DNA of 64,000 nucleotides from Escherichia coli (GTDB lineage Bacteria; Pseudomonadota; Gammaproteobacteria; Enterobacterales; Enterobacteriaceae): NCBI RefSeq assembly GCF_044647545.1, contig NZ_CP172818.1; one strand, 5' to 3'. Shown piece by piece: positions 55,653 to 64,000 of this stretch (position 1 is its first letter; each line of letters starts with the position of its first letter). The notes under the pieces were generated by a model. It saw only the letters and a program-made list of their open reading frames with translations, ran no database searches and was not told where the DNA came from. The position numbers and the translations under genes were made by a program.

Positions 55653-57068
55653 TTACTGCTGGTTTTCGCGTTCAGCAATAAAGGCCAGCGCTTTGTTGAT
55701 ACGCTCAATGCTACGAGTCTTACCGATCGCGTGAACGGTAACATCCAGCGCTGGAGACTGCCCCGCACCGGTTACGGCGACACGCAGCGGCATACCAACT
55801 TTACCCATACCCACTTCCAGCTCATCCGCCGTCGCCTGAATAGCGTGATGAACGTTTTCAGCGGTCCAGTCAGTAATCGCAGTCAGTTTGTCACGAACCA
55901 CTTCCAGCGGCTGACGCGCTACCGGACGCAGATGTTTTTTCGCGGCGTCGGCATCGAACTCAGCAAAATCTTCGTAGAAATAACGGCAGCTCTGTGCCAT
56001 CTCTTTCAGCGTCTTGCAGCGTTCGCCCAGCAGTTTCACCAGATCAGCCAGCTGCGGGCCGTTACGGGTATCGATATTTTCCTGCTCAATGTGCCACTGT
56101 AAGTGAGTAGCAACATACTCCGGCGGCAGCGCGTTAATGTAGTGATGGTTCAGCCACAGCAGCTTGTCGGTGTTGAACGCACTGGCAGATTTGCTGACGG
56201 CATTCAGAGTGAAGTATTTGATCATCTCTTCACGAGTGAAGATTTCCTGATCGCCGTGGGACCAGCCCAGACGCACCAGATAGTTCAGCAGTGCTTCTGG
56301 CAGATAACCATCATCACGATACTGCATTACGCTGACCGCCCCGTGACGTTTGGACAGTTTTTTACCGTCATCGCCGTTGATCATAGAAACGTGCGCGTAA
56401 ACCGGTACCGGCGCTTTCAGGGCTTTAAGAATGTTGATCTGGCGCGGCGTGTTGTTGATATGGTCTTCGCCACGGATAACATGGGTGATTTCCATATCCC
56501 AGTCATCAACAACCACACAGAAGTTATAGGTTGGGGAACCATCGGTACGACGGATAATCAGATCATCCAGCTCCTGGTTGCTGAACTCAATCGGGCCACG
56601 GATCTGATCGTCAAAAACAACAGAACCTTCCTGCGGGTTAGCAAAACGTACAACGCACGGTTCATCATCAGCATGATGCTCATGGCTGTGGCGGCAGCGA
56701 CCGTCATAACGCGGCTTCTCACCTTTCGCCATTTGCTCTTCGCGCAGCGCTTCCAGGCGCTCTTTAGAGCAATAGCATTTATAAGCTGTGCCCTCTTCCA
56801 GCATCTGATCGATCACCGCGTTGTAGCGATCAAAACGTTTGGTCTGGTAGTACGGACCTTCATCCCACTCCAGGCTCAGCCAGTTCATGCCATCCATAAT
56901 GGCTTCGATAGCTTCCGGCGTGGAACGCTCAAGATCGGTGTCTTCAATACGCAGCACGAACTCACCGCCGTGGTTACGTGCAAAAAGCCAGGAGTAAAGA
57001 GCAGTACGCGCGCCGCCAACGTGCAGATAGCCTGTTGGGCTTGGCGCGAAGCGAGTTTTGATTTTCAT
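55653..57068 (-). CDS. gltX: Glutamyl-tRNA synthetase
   Basis: 471 aa; class I HIGH ([12 protein letters not shown]) and KMSKS (KLSKRHG) motifs. Confidence 0.95.
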
Positions 57069-57326
57069 GAAATGGCCTTACGTTTAGAAAGATGCCGACA
57101 ACCGGCAAATCCTGGAAAAATTGAGTGGGCGATATTCTATCACTCCCGCCTGATTCCTCAATGTAGTTCGGGTTGCAACCTTACGCATTATTGTTTTCGT
57201 TGACAAATTGCGCAACACGGTCTGTTTTGCGATCATCTTGCTTAAATTTACGACGAACGAACAATTTCTTTAGAAAATGCGTTGACTCATTTTGAACTCT
57301 CCCTATAATGCGACTCCACACAGCGG

Positions 57327-57402
57327 GGGTGATTAGCTCAGCTGGGAGAGCACCTCCCTTACAAGGAGGGGGTCGGCGGTTCGATCCCGTCATCACCCAC
57401 CA
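57327..57402 (+). tRNA. valU: tRNA-Val(UAC)
   Basis: GGGTGATTAGCTCAGCTGGGAGAGCACCTCCCTTACAAGGAGGGGGTCGGCGGTTCGATCCCGTCATCACCCACCA; TATAAT -10 element at 57304-57309. Confidence 0.9.
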
Positions 57403-57446
57403 ACTACTTTATGTAGTCTCCGCCGTGTAGCAAGAAATTGAGAAGT

Positions 57447-57522
57447 GGGTGATTAGCTCAGCTGGGAGAGCACCTCCCTTACAAGGAGGGGGTCGGCGGT
57501 TCGATCCCGTCATCACCCACCA
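57447..57522 (+). tRNA. valX: tRNA-Val(UAC)
   Basis: Identical 76-nt copy. Confidence 0.9.
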
Positions 57523-57568
57523 CTTTCTCGCCAGCTAGATTTCTTGTAAAAATGTGAAGTACCGAAGT

Positions 57569-57644
57569 GGGTGATTAGCTCAGCTGGGAGAGCACCTCCC
57601 TTACAAGGAGGGGGTCGGCGGTTCGATCCCGTCATCACCCACCA
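57569..57644 (+). tRNA. valY: tRNA-Val(UAC)
   Basis: Identical 76-nt copy. Confidence 0.9.
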
Positions 57645-57648
57645 CTTC

Positions 57649-57724
57649 GGGTCGTTAGCTCAGTTGGTAGAGCAGTTGACTTTTAATCAATTGGTCGCAG
57701 GTTCGAATCCTGCACGACCCACCA
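57649..57724 (+). tRNA. lysV: tRNA-Lys(UUU)
   Basis: GGGTCGTTAGCTCAGTTGGTAGAGCAGTTGACTTTTAATCAATTGGTCGCAGGTTCGAATCCTGCACGACCCACCA; 4-nt spacer after valY. Confidence 0.9.
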
Positions 57725-57726
57725 AT

Positions 57727-57757
57727 GTAAAAAAGCGCCCTAAAGGCGCTTTTTTGC
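57727..57757 (+). terminator. Rho-independent terminator of the valU-valX-valY-lysV operon
   Basis: AAAAAGCGCCC-TAAA-GGCGCTTTTTTG hairpin with T-run. Confidence 0.8.
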
Positions 57758-57834
57758 TATCTGCAATTTGCGAAATTGCCTGATGCGCTTCGCTTATCAG
57801 ACCAACTATGTCCGGCAGTTCCCGTGCCTCTCAT

Positions 57835-58719
57835 CTACTGCGCCAACGCCGCCAGCAGTTTAACCAGCGCGGGCGTCACCTGCTGCGTTTCATAAACAAT
57901 ATATAAGTCTGCCGGGATGCGTTCTTTGAGCGGACGGAATATGACACCGGGCCAGTTCATCTGCGCGTAGCTGTCCGCTATCAATGTGATACCAATACCC
58001 ATACTGACCATGGCGAGTACCGTTTGCGGTTCATTAACTTCGCGAATAACAACCGGTGAAAATCCCACCTGCTGGCAAACTCGCTGCAAAAAATCCCAGT
58101 CAGTGTACACGGGCGGCATTGTAACGAAATACTCGTCACGTAGCGCTTCCAGCGGGACGGTGGAAAATGATGAGAGATGATGCTCTTCAGGCATCGCCAC
58201 CAGAAACGCCGATTCATGCAACCGTAAGCTGGTAAAACCAGTCGGTGGTTCTGTCGCCATTCGCCAGATCCCGGCATCAAGTTCGCGGCGTTCCAGCAAG
58301 GCCATTTGCATCGCGGGCATCTTTTCGCGAAACAGAACTTCAACGTTAGGATTTTCTCTAAGGAATCGCCGCATAACCGGGCGCATCCGTCCCCACATTG
58401 CCGTTCCCACAACCCCGAGTTCAATCCGCCCTGCTTCTCCCCGACCTATTTGTTCAACCCGAGCCAATACATTATTTGCATTCACCAACAATCGACGCGA
58501 TTCTTCCATCAAGATTTTGCCCGCGTGTGTCAGTACGACGCTGCGTGAATGGCGAATAAAAAGCTGCGTGCCAAGTTGATTTTCCAGCTCTTTAATATGA
58601 ATACTGAGCGGAGGCTGAGACATATTTAAACGCGCTGCTGCGCGACCAAAATGCAACTCTTCCGCTACGGCAAGAAAATAACGGAGCAACTTAAGATCTG
58701 TTCTATATACGCGTTCCAT
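57835..58719 (-). CDS. xapR: LysR-family regulator XapR (xanthosine operon activator)
   Basis: ORF 57835-58734; LysR HTH (LKLLRYFLAVAEELHFGRAAARLNMSQPPLS); divergent from xapAB. Confidence 0.85.
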   Translation of the reverse strand: MERVYRTDLKLLRYFLAVAEELHFGRAAARLNMSQPPLSIHIKELENQLGTQLFIRHSRSVVLTHAGKILMEESRRLLVNANNVLARVEQIGRGEAGRIELGVVGTAMWGRMRPVMRRFLRENPNVEVLFREKMPAMQMALLERRELDAGIWRMATEPPTGFTSLRLHESAFLVAMPEEHHLSSFSTVPLEALRDEYFVTMPPVYTDWDFLQRVCQQVGFSPVVIREVNEPQTVLAMVSMGIGITLIADSYAQMNWPGVIFRPLKERIPADLYIVYETQQVTPALVKLLAALAQ

Positions 58720-58971
58720 AATTAAGTGCTCCATATAAAAAAATATATCGTATTAAATTATCATGGCATAAAGTATTTCACCACCAGATATCCGACATAC
58801 ATAAACACGATGGATAATATACCCGGCAATACATTTGGAACAGGAATAGGTAATCGCACGATTGTAAACAAAGCACCAATGCCAAAACCAACGCCAGAAG
58901 AAAATAAAATATCTTTCACTAATTAACCTTTATCATAAAAGCAGCCCCAAGGAACAGAGCTGCGAATCCTT

Positions 58972-60228
58972 TTAATGTGTAACTGAACGATGCGTTATCT
59001 TTTCAGGGTCATGGTTATATTTAAACCCAAAGAAAAATATCACTGCGAGGAAAAGAGCATACCCTGCAAACATCAGCCAAATGGTATGCCAATCTTTTAC
59101 GCCATCCACCGAGAAGTAATCCACTGCCATACCGCTCAGAATCGAGCCAACCCATGCGCCGACGCCATTTACCATCGTCATAAAAAGGCCCTGGGCGCTG
59201 GCACGAATGCTGGAATCAACTTCCTGTTCGACAAAGACCGAACCAGAAATATTGAAGAAATCGAATGCACAACCGTAAACAATCATCGACAGCAGCAACA
59301 AAATAAACCCGGTTGGTGATGGGTCGCCATAGGCAAAGAAGCCAAAGCGCAGCGTCCACGCCACCATACTCATCAGCATGACGGTTTTAATACCGAAACG
59401 CTTCAAAAAGAACGGTATCGTCAGAATGAAACCGACTTCAGCCATCTGTGAAACTGACAGTAAAATGGACGGGTATTTCACCACGAAGCTATCAGCAAAC
59501 TCAGGATTACGGGCGAAATCATGCAGGAACGGGTTGCCAAAAACGTTGGTAATTTGCAGCACCGCACCCAGCATCATGGCGAAGAGGAAAAAGATAGCCA
59601 TGCGTGGATTTTTAAACAGCACGAAGGCATCCAGGCCCAGCTTGCTGGCAAGCGATGTAGTCGCTTTTTTCTCCGCAACCGGAATCTTCGGCAAAGTCAG
59701 CGCATAAGCCGACAGCAGCAATGACGCACCGGACGCGATATACAGTTGCAGACTACTCAATTCCAGATGCAGCAGGCTTACTGCCCACATGGCGACAATG
59801 AACCCCACCGTACCAAAAACGCGAATGGGCGGGAAAGCGGTCACCGGGTCAAGCCCTGCCTGGGCAAGACAGGAATAAGAGACGCTGTTCGATAACGCAA
59901 TAGTCGGCATAAACGCCATCGCATTGACTAACATCACCCAAAACATCATATCCGGATCAGTTACGGATGCCGCATAAAAAAGTACGCCCGCACACACCAG
60001 GTGACACAGCATGTATGCACGTTCTGCACGCAGCCATTTGTCTGCGATGATCCCCATTATACCAGGCATAATAATCGCGGCGATCCCTTTGGAACTGTAA
60101 ACCATGCCAACATTAGCGCCGGTGAAATGAAGGGTATTAATCATGTAAGAACCGAGGGTAACCAGCCAGCTCCCCCAGATAAAATATTGCAAAAAGGACA
60201 TTACCTTTAAGCGCAAAGCGATGCTCAT
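58972..60228 (-). CDS. xapB: Xanthosine permease XapB (NHS-family MFS)
   Basis: 418 aa, 12-TMS nucleoside:H+ symporter-like. Confidence 0.9.
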   Translation of the reverse strand: MSIALRLKVMSFLQYFIWGSWLVTLGSYMINTLHFTGANVGMVYSSKGIAAIIMPGIMGIIADKWLRAERAYMLCHLVCAGVLFYAASVTDPDMMFWVMLVNAMAFMPTIALSNSVSYSCLAQAGLDPVTAFPPIRVFGTVGFIVAMWAVSLLHLELSSLQLYIASGASLLLSAYALTLPKIPVAEKKATTSLASKLGLDAFVLFKNPRMAIFFLFAMMLGAVLQITNVFGNPFLHDFARNPEFADSFVVKYPSILLSVSQMAEVGFILTIPFFLKRFGIKTVMLMSMVAWTLRFGFFAYGDPSPTGFILLLLSMIVYGCAFDFFNISGSVFVEQEVDSSIRASAQGLFMTMVNGVGAWVGSILSGMAVDYFSVDGVKDWHTIWLMFAGYALFLAVIFFFGFKYNHDPEKITHRSVTH

Positions 60229-60287
60229 AATCGTTTCCTTGTCGCATCATATGGCCTCACCCGCGAGGCCGTTTCTTATTGTTTTTC

Positions 60288-61121
60288 TCAGGCAATTTTG
60301 CGCAGAAAGCCACAAATAAGGTTGATGAAGTTCTGCTTAGAGAGCTCCGCAGCCGCCAGCGTTTGCGCATGTGACAATTTCACATCGCTTAAACCTTCCG
60401 CCATATTGGTAATCGCAGAGACCGCAACGACTTTAAGTTCGCAATGGCGAGCAGAAATAACCTCAGGCACCACAGACATACCAACAACATCCCCACCAAT
60501 AATTTGCATCATGCGAATTTCCGCCGCAGTCTCGAAATTCGGACCCGGATACGAGACGAACACGCCCTCCGTCAGAGGGAACCCCTCTTCTTTCGCCACT
60601 TTTTGTAACAGTGCGCGGTATTCCGCATCGTAGGCATTCGCCAGCGAGAAGAAGCGCTCACCAAAACGTTCATCATTAAGACCCACCATCGGCGTTCCCG
60701 GCATGGTGTTGATATGATCTTTCAATGCGACCAGACTGCCGGCCCCCACTTCAGGACGCAGTGAGCCAGCCGCATTGGTGCTGAACAGCAACTCGCAGCC
60801 CAGCAACTTAAAGGTACGGATTGCATCCGTCATGATGGTCATCCCACGACCTTCGTAGAAATGTCCGCGACCTTTCATGCACACCACTGGCACCCCCTGG
60901 AGATAACCCAGCACCAGCTCACCCGCATGGCCATGTACGGTACTTACCGGGAACCCAGGCAGCTTTTCGTAGGAAATTGCGACCGCGTTCTCAATCTGAT
61001 CGGCCAGCGCGCCCAGCCCGGAACCTAAAATAAAGGCCACTCGTGGCGTGAAATCAGGTTTATAAGTCTTGATAATATCTACGCAATACAGTGGGTTATG
61101 AGAAAACTGAGCCTGATACAT
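60288..61121 (-). CDS. xapA: Purine nucleoside phosphorylase II (xanthosine phosphorylase) XapA
   Basis: 277 aa PNP/MTAP family. Confidence 0.9.
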   Translation of the reverse strand: MYQAQFSHNPLYCVDIIKTYKPDFTPRVAFILGSGLGALADQIENAVAISYEKLPGFPVSTVHGHAGELVLGYLQGVPVVCMKGRGHFYEGRGMTIMTDAIRTFKLLGCELLFSTNAAGSLRPEVGAGSLVALKDHINTMPGTPMVGLNDERFGERFFSLANAYDAEYRALLQKVAKEEGFPLTEGVFVSYPGPNFETAAEIRMMQIIGGDVVGMSVVPEVISARHCELKVVAVSAITNMAEGLSDVKLSHAQTLAAAELSKQNFINLICGFLRKIA

Positions 61122-61369
61122 ATATATCCTTTTTTTGTAGGGTGGAATCTAACGCCTTTTTATAACGAGATTGCCCTAACTCATACCAATACACTTTTTT
61201 CATGTATCCGATAGTTATTCGATATCGATATATTTATATTTTTTCACTATTAATAGACGGAAAAAACTGTATTGGTACTCTCCTTTCCATTGCATTAACA
61301 ATATGCCGCTTTTAATCAACCCTTTTATTAAGCAATCAACTAATAACGATCGGCATAGGGAATTATGCT

Positions 61370-62134
61370 ATGAAAAAACATCTTTTTACTCTGACACTCT
61401 CTTCTGTATTGGCGATACCAGCAGTATCCCATGCAGAATTTAAAGGCGGTTTTGCTGATATAGGTATTCATTATCTTGACTGGACTAGCAGAACCACTGA
61501 GAAATCGTCGACCAAATCACACAAAGATGATTTTGGATATCTGGAACTGGAAGGCGGCGCTAACTTTAGTTGGGGAGAAATGTACGGGTTCTTCGACTGG
61601 GAAAACTTTTATAATAATCGTCATGATAAACCGGGTAGCGAGCAGCGTTACACATTTAAAAATACCAACCGTATTTACCTGGGTGACACCGGATTTAATC
61701 TCTACTTGCATGCGTATGGCACCTACGGTTCTGCGAATCGTGTGAATTTCCATGACGATATGTTCCTTTACGGGATCGGCTACAATTTCACCGGCAGCGG
61801 TTGGTGGTTCAAACCGTTCTTTGCAAAACGCTATACAGACCAAACCTATTATACCGGCGATAACGGTTATGTCGCCGGTTGGGTTGCAGGTTACAGCTTT
61901 ATGCTGGGCAGTGAGAAATTCACCCTCACCAACTGGAACGAGTACGAGTTTGATCGTGATGCCACCTACGCGGCAGGTAATGGCGGCAAAGAAGGTCTGA
62001 ACGGTGCCGTCGCACTTTGGTGGAATGCAACTTCACACATCACCACAGGGATTCAGTATCGTTATGCGGATGACAAACTGGGCGAAGATTTTTACCAGGA
62101 TGCAATAATCTACTCCATCAAATTTAATTTCTGA
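61370..62134 (+). CDS. yfeN: Outer-membrane beta-barrel protein YfeN (OmpG/YjhA-like)
   Basis: 254 aa; signal peptide, aromatic-rich beta-strand pattern, terminal Phe. Confidence 0.8.
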   Translation: MKKHLFTLTLSSVLAIPAVSHAEFKGGFADIGIHYLDWTSRTTEKSSTKSHKDDFGYLELEGGANFSWGEMYGFFDWENFYNNRHDKPGSEQRYTFKNTNRIYLGDTGFNLYLHAYGTYGSANRVNFHDDMFLYGIGYNFTGSGWWFKPFFAKRYTDQTYYTGDNGYVAGWVAGYSFMLGSEKFTLTNWNEYEFDRDATYAAGNGGKEGLNGAVALWWNATSHITTGIQYRYADDKLGEDFYQDAIIYSIKFNF

Positions 62135-62171
62135 TTGATTACTGCCGGGGCTCCCGGCAGTATGAATAGCT

Positions 62172-63098
62172 CTATATCTGATACAGCGGATCCCCTTCCC
62201 GCCCAGCCATTAGCGCACGGCCCTGGCCTCGTACCACGTCCCATAACGCTTGTGCGGCGGTGGAAAGTGAACGGTTCTTCCTGCGCACCAGCATCAACTG
62301 GCGTTCCACCACCGGCGTAATGCGCTTTACCACCAGCGGGCTACCTTCAGGCAATGGTAGCGCCAGTGCGGGAAGAATACTGATGCCGATGCCTGCGGCT
62401 ACCATCGGGAACAGCGTCGCCGGATGTCCAATCTCCTGCACAATATTCGCCTGAATACCATTGCGCGCCAGAGCTGCGTCAATCAGCGGTCGGCTGCCTG
62501 ACGCGTAATCCTGCAACACCAATTTCGCCCCCTGTAATGCCTGCCAGGGTACATAATCTTCCGCGGCCAAAGCGCTATCGCGATGGCAAAGCAGAAAGAA
62601 AGGCTCGGAAAGAATCGCTTCACATTGCAGATCGCCCACTGGGCCTGGATCGATGACGATGCCAAAGTCGACATCTCCCTGGCGAATACTTTCCATCACC
62701 CACTGCTGCGGACGATCGTGCAGGATAAACTGAATATCTGGATAGCGGCGATGGCTTTCAGCAATGCATTGCGGAATAAGATGCGCGGAAATGGTCTGGC
62801 TGGCAGCGACCCGAACTTTTCCGCTCAGTTGTTGCCCCATACGCCCGGTATCGCGCAACGTGCTGTTAAGTTCATCCAGCAGTCGCTCAAGACGCAAAGC
62901 CAACTGCTGCCCTGCATCTGTAAGCACCACTTCACGCGTGGTTCTGTCCAGCAGGCGAACACCAGTATGATTTTCCAGCTCCTTCACACTGTGACTCACT
63001 GCCGACTGGCTCAGGCCGATACGCTCTCCTGCACGACTAAAACTTTTCTCCTGCGCTACTGTGACGAAAACCTTTAATTGTTTTAAAGAATAATTCAT
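62172..63098 (-). CDS. yfeR: LysR-family transcriptional regulator YfeR
   Basis: 308 aa; N-terminal LysR HTH ([31 protein letters not shown]). Confidence 0.85.
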   Translation of the reverse strand: MNYSLKQLKVFVTVAQEKSFSRAGERIGLSQSAVSHSVKELENHTGVRLLDRTTREVVLTDAGQQLALRLERLLDELNSTLRDTGRMGQQLSGKVRVAASQTISAHLIPQCIAESHRRYPDIQFILHDRPQQWVMESIRQGDVDFGIVIDPGPVGDLQCEAILSEPFFLLCHRDSALAAEDYVPWQALQGAKLVLQDYASGSRPLIDAALARNGIQANIVQEIGHPATLFPMVAAGIGISILPALALPLPEGSPLVVKRITPVVERQLMLVRRKNRSLSTAAQALWDVVRGQGRALMAGREGDPLYQI

Positions 63099-63187
63099 CT
63101 GTTTTCTTCATGAATGGATGCAATAAATCAATTTTATTTCTCAAACTGGAAGAAGCACAATAGAACCATCGATCATCTGGAGTCTTT

Positions 63188-64000
63188 ATGAAACTTTTTC
63201 GTATCCTCGATCCTTTCACCTTAACCCTGATCACGGTGGTGTTGCTGGCCTCTTTCTTTCCGGCCAGGGGTGATTTCGTTCCCTTCTTTGAAAATCTGAC
63301 TACCGCAGCCATTGCTCTGCTGTTCTTTATGCACGGCGCGAAGTTATCGCGAGAGGCCATTATTGCAGGCGGTGGTCATTGGCGACTGCATTTGTGGGTA
63401 ATGTGCAGCACCTTCGTGCTGTTCCCAATTTTGGGCGTGCTGTTTGCCTGGTGGAAACCGGTAAATGTCGACCCGATGCTCTATTCCGGTTTTCTCTACT
63501 TGTGCATTCTTCCTGCTACCGTGCAGTCTGCAATCGCCTTCACGTCAATGGCGGGCGGTAACGTCGCGGCGGCGGTTTGTTCTGCGTCAGCATCCAGCCT
63601 GCTGGGGATTTTCCTTTCACCATTGCTGGTTGGTCTGGTGATGAATGTTCACGGTGCAGGGGGCAGCCTTGAGCAGGTCGGTAAAATTATGCTGCAACTG
63701 TTGCTGCCATTTGTGTTGGGGCATCTTTCCCGGCCGTGGATTGGTGACTGGGTGTCGCGCAATAAAAAATGGATTGCGAAAACTGACCAGACGTCCATTC
63801 TGTTGGTGGTTTATACAGCGTTCAGCGAAGCCGTCGTTAATGGTATCTGGCATAAAGTTGGCTGGGGATCATTGCTGTTTATCGTGGTGGTCAGCTGCGT
63901 TCTTCTGGCTATTGTGATTGTGATTAACGTCTTTATGGCACGCCGACTGGGCTTCAATAAGGCAGATGAAATTACTATCGTCTTTTGTGGTTCGAAAAAG
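63188..64000 (+). CDS. yfeH: Bile acid:Na+ symporter-family membrane protein YfeH (3' end beyond window)
   Basis: ATG at 63188 (MKLFRILDPFTLTLITVVLLASFFPA...); open frame continues to the window edge; divergent from yfeR. Confidence 0.75.
   Translation, partial: MKLFRILDPFTLTLITVVLLASFFPARGDFVPFFENLTTAAIALLFFMHGAKLSREAIIAGGGHWRLHLWVMCSTFVLFPILGVLFAWWKPVNVDPMLYSGFLYLCILPATVQSAIAFTSMAGGNVAAAVCSASASSLLGIFLSPLLVGLVMNVHGAGGSLEQVGKIMLQLLLPFVLGHLSRPWIGDWVSRNKKWIAKTDQTSILLVVYTAFSEAVVNGIWHKVGWGSLLFIVVVSCVLLAIVIVINVFMARRLGFNKADEITIVFCGSKK

Noticed and set aside
56103-57203. 366-aa plus-strand ORF overlapping gltX
   Set aside because: Antisense to gltX, which has clear class I aaRS motifs; a long antisense open frame is a common artefact in GC-balanced genes.
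57327-57724. Tandem near-identical 76-bp repeats considered as a possible CRISPR-like array
   Set aside because: The repeats are complete tRNA genes (three tRNA-Val and one tRNA-Lys) with cloverleaf structure and CCA ends; no spacer-repeat architecture or cas genes anywhere in the window.

Overview
The window reads as an Escherichia coli chromosomal segment, colinear with the K-12 map from sixA-fadJ-fadI through fadL, mlaA, yfdC, dsdCXA, emrKY-evgAS, the yfdE-yfdV-oxc-frc-yfdX oxalate/acid-resistance cluster, lpxP, alaC, ypdABC, the fry PTS operon, glk, yfeO, mntH, nupC, yfeA (pdeA), alaX-alaW, gltX, valU-valX-valY-lysV, xapRBA, yfeN and yfeR to the 5' part of yfeH. All gene identifications rest on my reading of the supplied ORF translations and recollection of the K-12 proteins; no database search was run. 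Almost everything is core genome. The one accessory segment is a roughly 3.9 kb degraded prophage remnant (CPS-53/KpLE1-like, yfdM'-yfdN-yfdO' and yfdP-yfdQ-yfdR-yfdS-yfdT') between yfdC and dsdC. Its left junction sits inside the tRNA gene argW, of which only the 5' 40 nt remain, and its right end carries a 15-nt copy of the argW 3' end (attR core). No integrase, excisionase or structural genes are present. Other notable points: yfdF is split by a +1 frameshift in an A8 tract, a small yfdT-like ORF has lost its start by a 1-nt frame change, and the IS186 copy that I recall lying between nupC and yfeA in MG1655 is absent. I found no CRISPR array, no intact mobile element and no convincing novel multi-gene system; the prophage remnant's plus-strand module (yfdP-yfdQ-yfdR-yfdS) is the only candidate for uncharacterised biology, and that is inference only.
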